Source of the DNA: Podarcis filfolensis
Lineage: Eukaryota
Assembly (NCBI GenBank): GCA_964270895.1
Contig: OZ185446.1
Reading direction: 5' to 3' (one strand)
DNA length: 64,000 nucleotides
Shown: positions 61,443-64,000 of the stretch, in pieces
How positions within the stretch are numbered: the stretch's first letter is position 1
Layout of the letters: each line of letters opens with the position of its first letter
Made by a program: the position numbers and the translations under genes
Notes under the pieces: model-generated
The model's database searches: none
Seen by the model: only the letters and a program-made list of their open reading frames with translations
What the model was told of the DNA's origin: nothing

Positions 61443-62247
61443 GTGAAGTTCTACATGGCATTGAGCTTCATGTTTTTATTGCTTGTGATTACTATTTTCT
61501 AAGAAAGAATTCTATTCTACTAAAGAAAACATTCCTTCCTTTTAACAAAGGGAATTTTCAACGCTGTACTAATAGATACAGACATAGAATGATCCAAGCA
61601 GTCCTCAACAGCAGAACATGTGGAAGATAACAAGTGGTATGTTACAACAGCTGTGAAGGTGGATGAAGGCTGCAGCAGATCCATTGTGATACTCATGCCA
61701 TTGGAATAGAGCCTTACTGCGAAGACTGTGCGTTGGTCAGCATACACTGATGCATACACATAAAACAAATTCACGCACAGGCGTCCTCCAAAAATGCAGA
61801 ATGGGTATGCTGTTAGCCTGTGCTGCCTTTCCTCACACCTTTCTGAACTTCCCCATTTACACTTCCATTATGCTGCAAGACCAGCTGTTCATAGGGATGC
61901 TGCTCGTAAATTAACTCCAAAAACGCTGCTCAGCAAATAACTCGGGAGTTCATGGCTGCGAAGTGACCTCATAGCACGCACACACTTCCCAGGCAGCACA
62001 TATTGGAATAGCTGCTTAGTAATATCCAGGGTAATGAGGTGCTAATGATGCAGTTTGCTGAGAAGCTCAGCTAGTTATTTCTAGAGCCCTGGCCTCAGAT
62101 TTACATTAGGAAAAGAGCAAAGAGGGGACAATTCTGTTAGGGTGGACACGTGCGCATTGCTAGAGAGAGGGCAAAAGAGGACAGAAATTTGCATGAACTT
62201 TCCACATGCTAATTTAAAAACAGTATCATTTACTTATTAATTGCATT

Positions 62248-62393
62248 TACAGGCAACTCCCCATTTATGCGGGGGTTGCACTCCAAGGCACTGCATGAGT
62301 TGGGGGGACATGCATAAGCCTGCCCCATTCTGCTCCTGCTCTCTTCCGGTGCTGAAAATATGCCAAACACCTGCAAATGGGGAGTTGCCTGTA
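62248..62393. mobile_element. Short Tigger-like MITE
   Basis: Perfect 19-bp TIR tacaggcaactccccattt / aaatggggagttgcctgta. Confidence 0.8.
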
Positions 62394-62588
62394 TATCCAC
62401 CCCCAAGGAAGCATACATGGTACTCCTGCTCCTCATTTAATCCTCACAACAACCCTTTGAGGTATGTTAGGCTGAGAGGCAGTGACTGGCCCAAGGTCAC
62501 CCGGTGATCATCATGGCCAAGTGGGGATTCGAACCCTGATCTCCCAGATCCTAGTCTGACATTCTAACCACTATGCCACACTGGCTCT
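62394..62588 (-). mobile_element. Squam3/MIR-like SINE
   Basis: aatcctcacaacaaccctttgaggtatgttaggctgag core, gattcgaaccc B-box, gagagccagtgtggc head on the minus strand. Confidence 0.75.
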
Positions 62589-63644
62589 CAAAGGTAAGAA
62601 AAGAAGTATATGGATGTAGGTTTAGAAACAGTTAAGTGTAACTTAAAAAGAAATACAATTCCCCAATATGGAGATAACAGTGACCAAGTAACCTATGAGC
62701 CTGTTCAGTCTGCTGTTGTTAAATGTTGATGTCCAACTTCAAGGCACCTGCTCTCCCTTCTTAGAGCTCTTTTCTTTTAAATACTATATAGAATATCATG
62801 GAATATGGAATATGACCTGACAACCCATCAAATAGAGGACAGACCTCTGAAAAGCAGGACACATGTCCACCCTAAATTCTGTTTCCCTGCTCTGCTATGA
62901 AAGATCACCTGGTTTCTGTTTGCTTCCAAATCCTTCCTAGAAAATGCACATGAAATCCATATGGTTTTCAGATCCAAGATAACACATGCACATGATTCCC
63001 AATAGCAAGAAAATATAATTTACACCAGAATCAGATTCCAGGATGGCACTGAGCAGTGAAACTAGTATCTGCTTGAGGATGAGCTCCCCATGTTATGCAT
63101 GCAAGACAAAATTTATTTTAATTTTTGGCATTTTCTTAATATCATTTTAACCAACGATTCCAATATGTAAAGGAACACACTATCAATCTTATGCCACGTT
63201 GGTTAAAAACATGAAGAGCAAAAGTCATTGAAGGGAATCCTCCTTCTAATAACCAATCAAAAATAAAAACTTTCCAACATATATCTGGTCTAAAACAATT
63301 GCTAAGTAGTCTAGACGCACGTCCACATACTATTTACCTGAAGTAGCACACACCTCTAGTAAGGCGGTAGGAGGGTTTTGGTGGGCTACTTCTACCACCC
63401 CCAGTACTTTAAATGCACATGTCACCTCTGATCAATGCACTAATCATCCTACCAATGCATTCAATTAATCTTTCCTCTTTTCATTAAATTGTAACTACAA
63501 GGGAGATACAAAATTCATTAGCTGCAAAAATATTTCACAGTGTTTTTACAATGCAGGGAAGGTAGCTCCTCGCTTTGCAAGCCTGTTTCCAAACTGGCCT
63601 TGGGAGGGCAAGGCCCTAATTGACTCCAGCTACAAAGATTGAGG

Positions 63645-63973
63645 GGACGCAGGTGGCGCTGTGGGTTAAACCACAGAGCCTAGGACTTGCCGATCAGAAG
63701 GTCAGCAGTTCGAATCCCTGCGATGGGGTGAGCTCCTGCCAACCTAGCAGTTCAAAAGCATGTCAAAGTGCAAGTAGATAAATAGGTACCGCTCCAGCGG
63801 GAAGGTAAACAGCGTTTCCGTGTGCTGCTCTGGTTCGCCAGAAGCGGCTTAGTCATGCTGGCCACATGACCCGGAAGCTGTACACCGGCTCCCACGACCA
63901 CTAAAGCGAGATGAGCACCGCAACCCCAGAGTCAGCCACGACTGGACCTAATGGTCAGGGGTCCCTTTACCTT
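63645..63973 (+). mobile_element. Sauria SINE with an internal ~19-bp deletion, TSD tacaaag(a/g)ttgagg
   Basis: Family match; duplication at 63631-63644 and 63974-63987. Confidence 0.93.
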
Positions 63974-64000
63974 TACAAAGGTTGAGGCTGCTGAAGAACC

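Noticed and set aside
1-64000. CRISPR arrays, operons, rRNA or prophage-type systems
   Set aside because: This is eukaryotic intron/exon DNA. The recurring repeats are dispersed SINE/MITE copies and microsatellites, not repeat-spacer arrays.

Overview
Vertebrate genomic DNA, almost certainly from a lacertid lizard (Podarcis/Lacerta type), judged from the Sauria SINE, Squam3-like SINE, BovB, L2 and CR1 repeat content. It carries exons 2-8 of CTDSPL (SCP3, a HAD-family RNA Pol II CTD Ser5 phosphatase) on the minus strand. Exon sizes are 155/33/102/57/93/186/126 nt, all with GT-AG boundaries; exon 1 lies beyond the right edge. A complete miR-26a hairpin sits in intron 5 and a probable ~3.2 kb 3' UTR ends near 26.0-26.2 kb. 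Positions 1-26 kb are intergenic and repeat-rich; VILL is the expected syntenic neighbour, but I found no VILL coding exon. Best leads: (1) two miR-26 seed sites in the host gene's own putative 3' UTR; (2) an inverted Sauria SINE pair flanking exons 5-7, which could drive a 336-nt, stop-free circRNA or an in-frame skip; (3) an HNF4/GATA/CDX/HNF1/TCF motif cluster at 1.1-1.9 kb, a candidate gut enhancer for VILL; (4) a nested hAT/Tigger-like MITE structure with a 37-bp inverted repeat. No prokaryotic-type system (CRISPR etc.) is present. Family names come from recalled consensus similarity, not database searches; repeat boundaries are approximate unless a target-site duplication (TSD) or terminal inverted repeat (TIR) is quoted.
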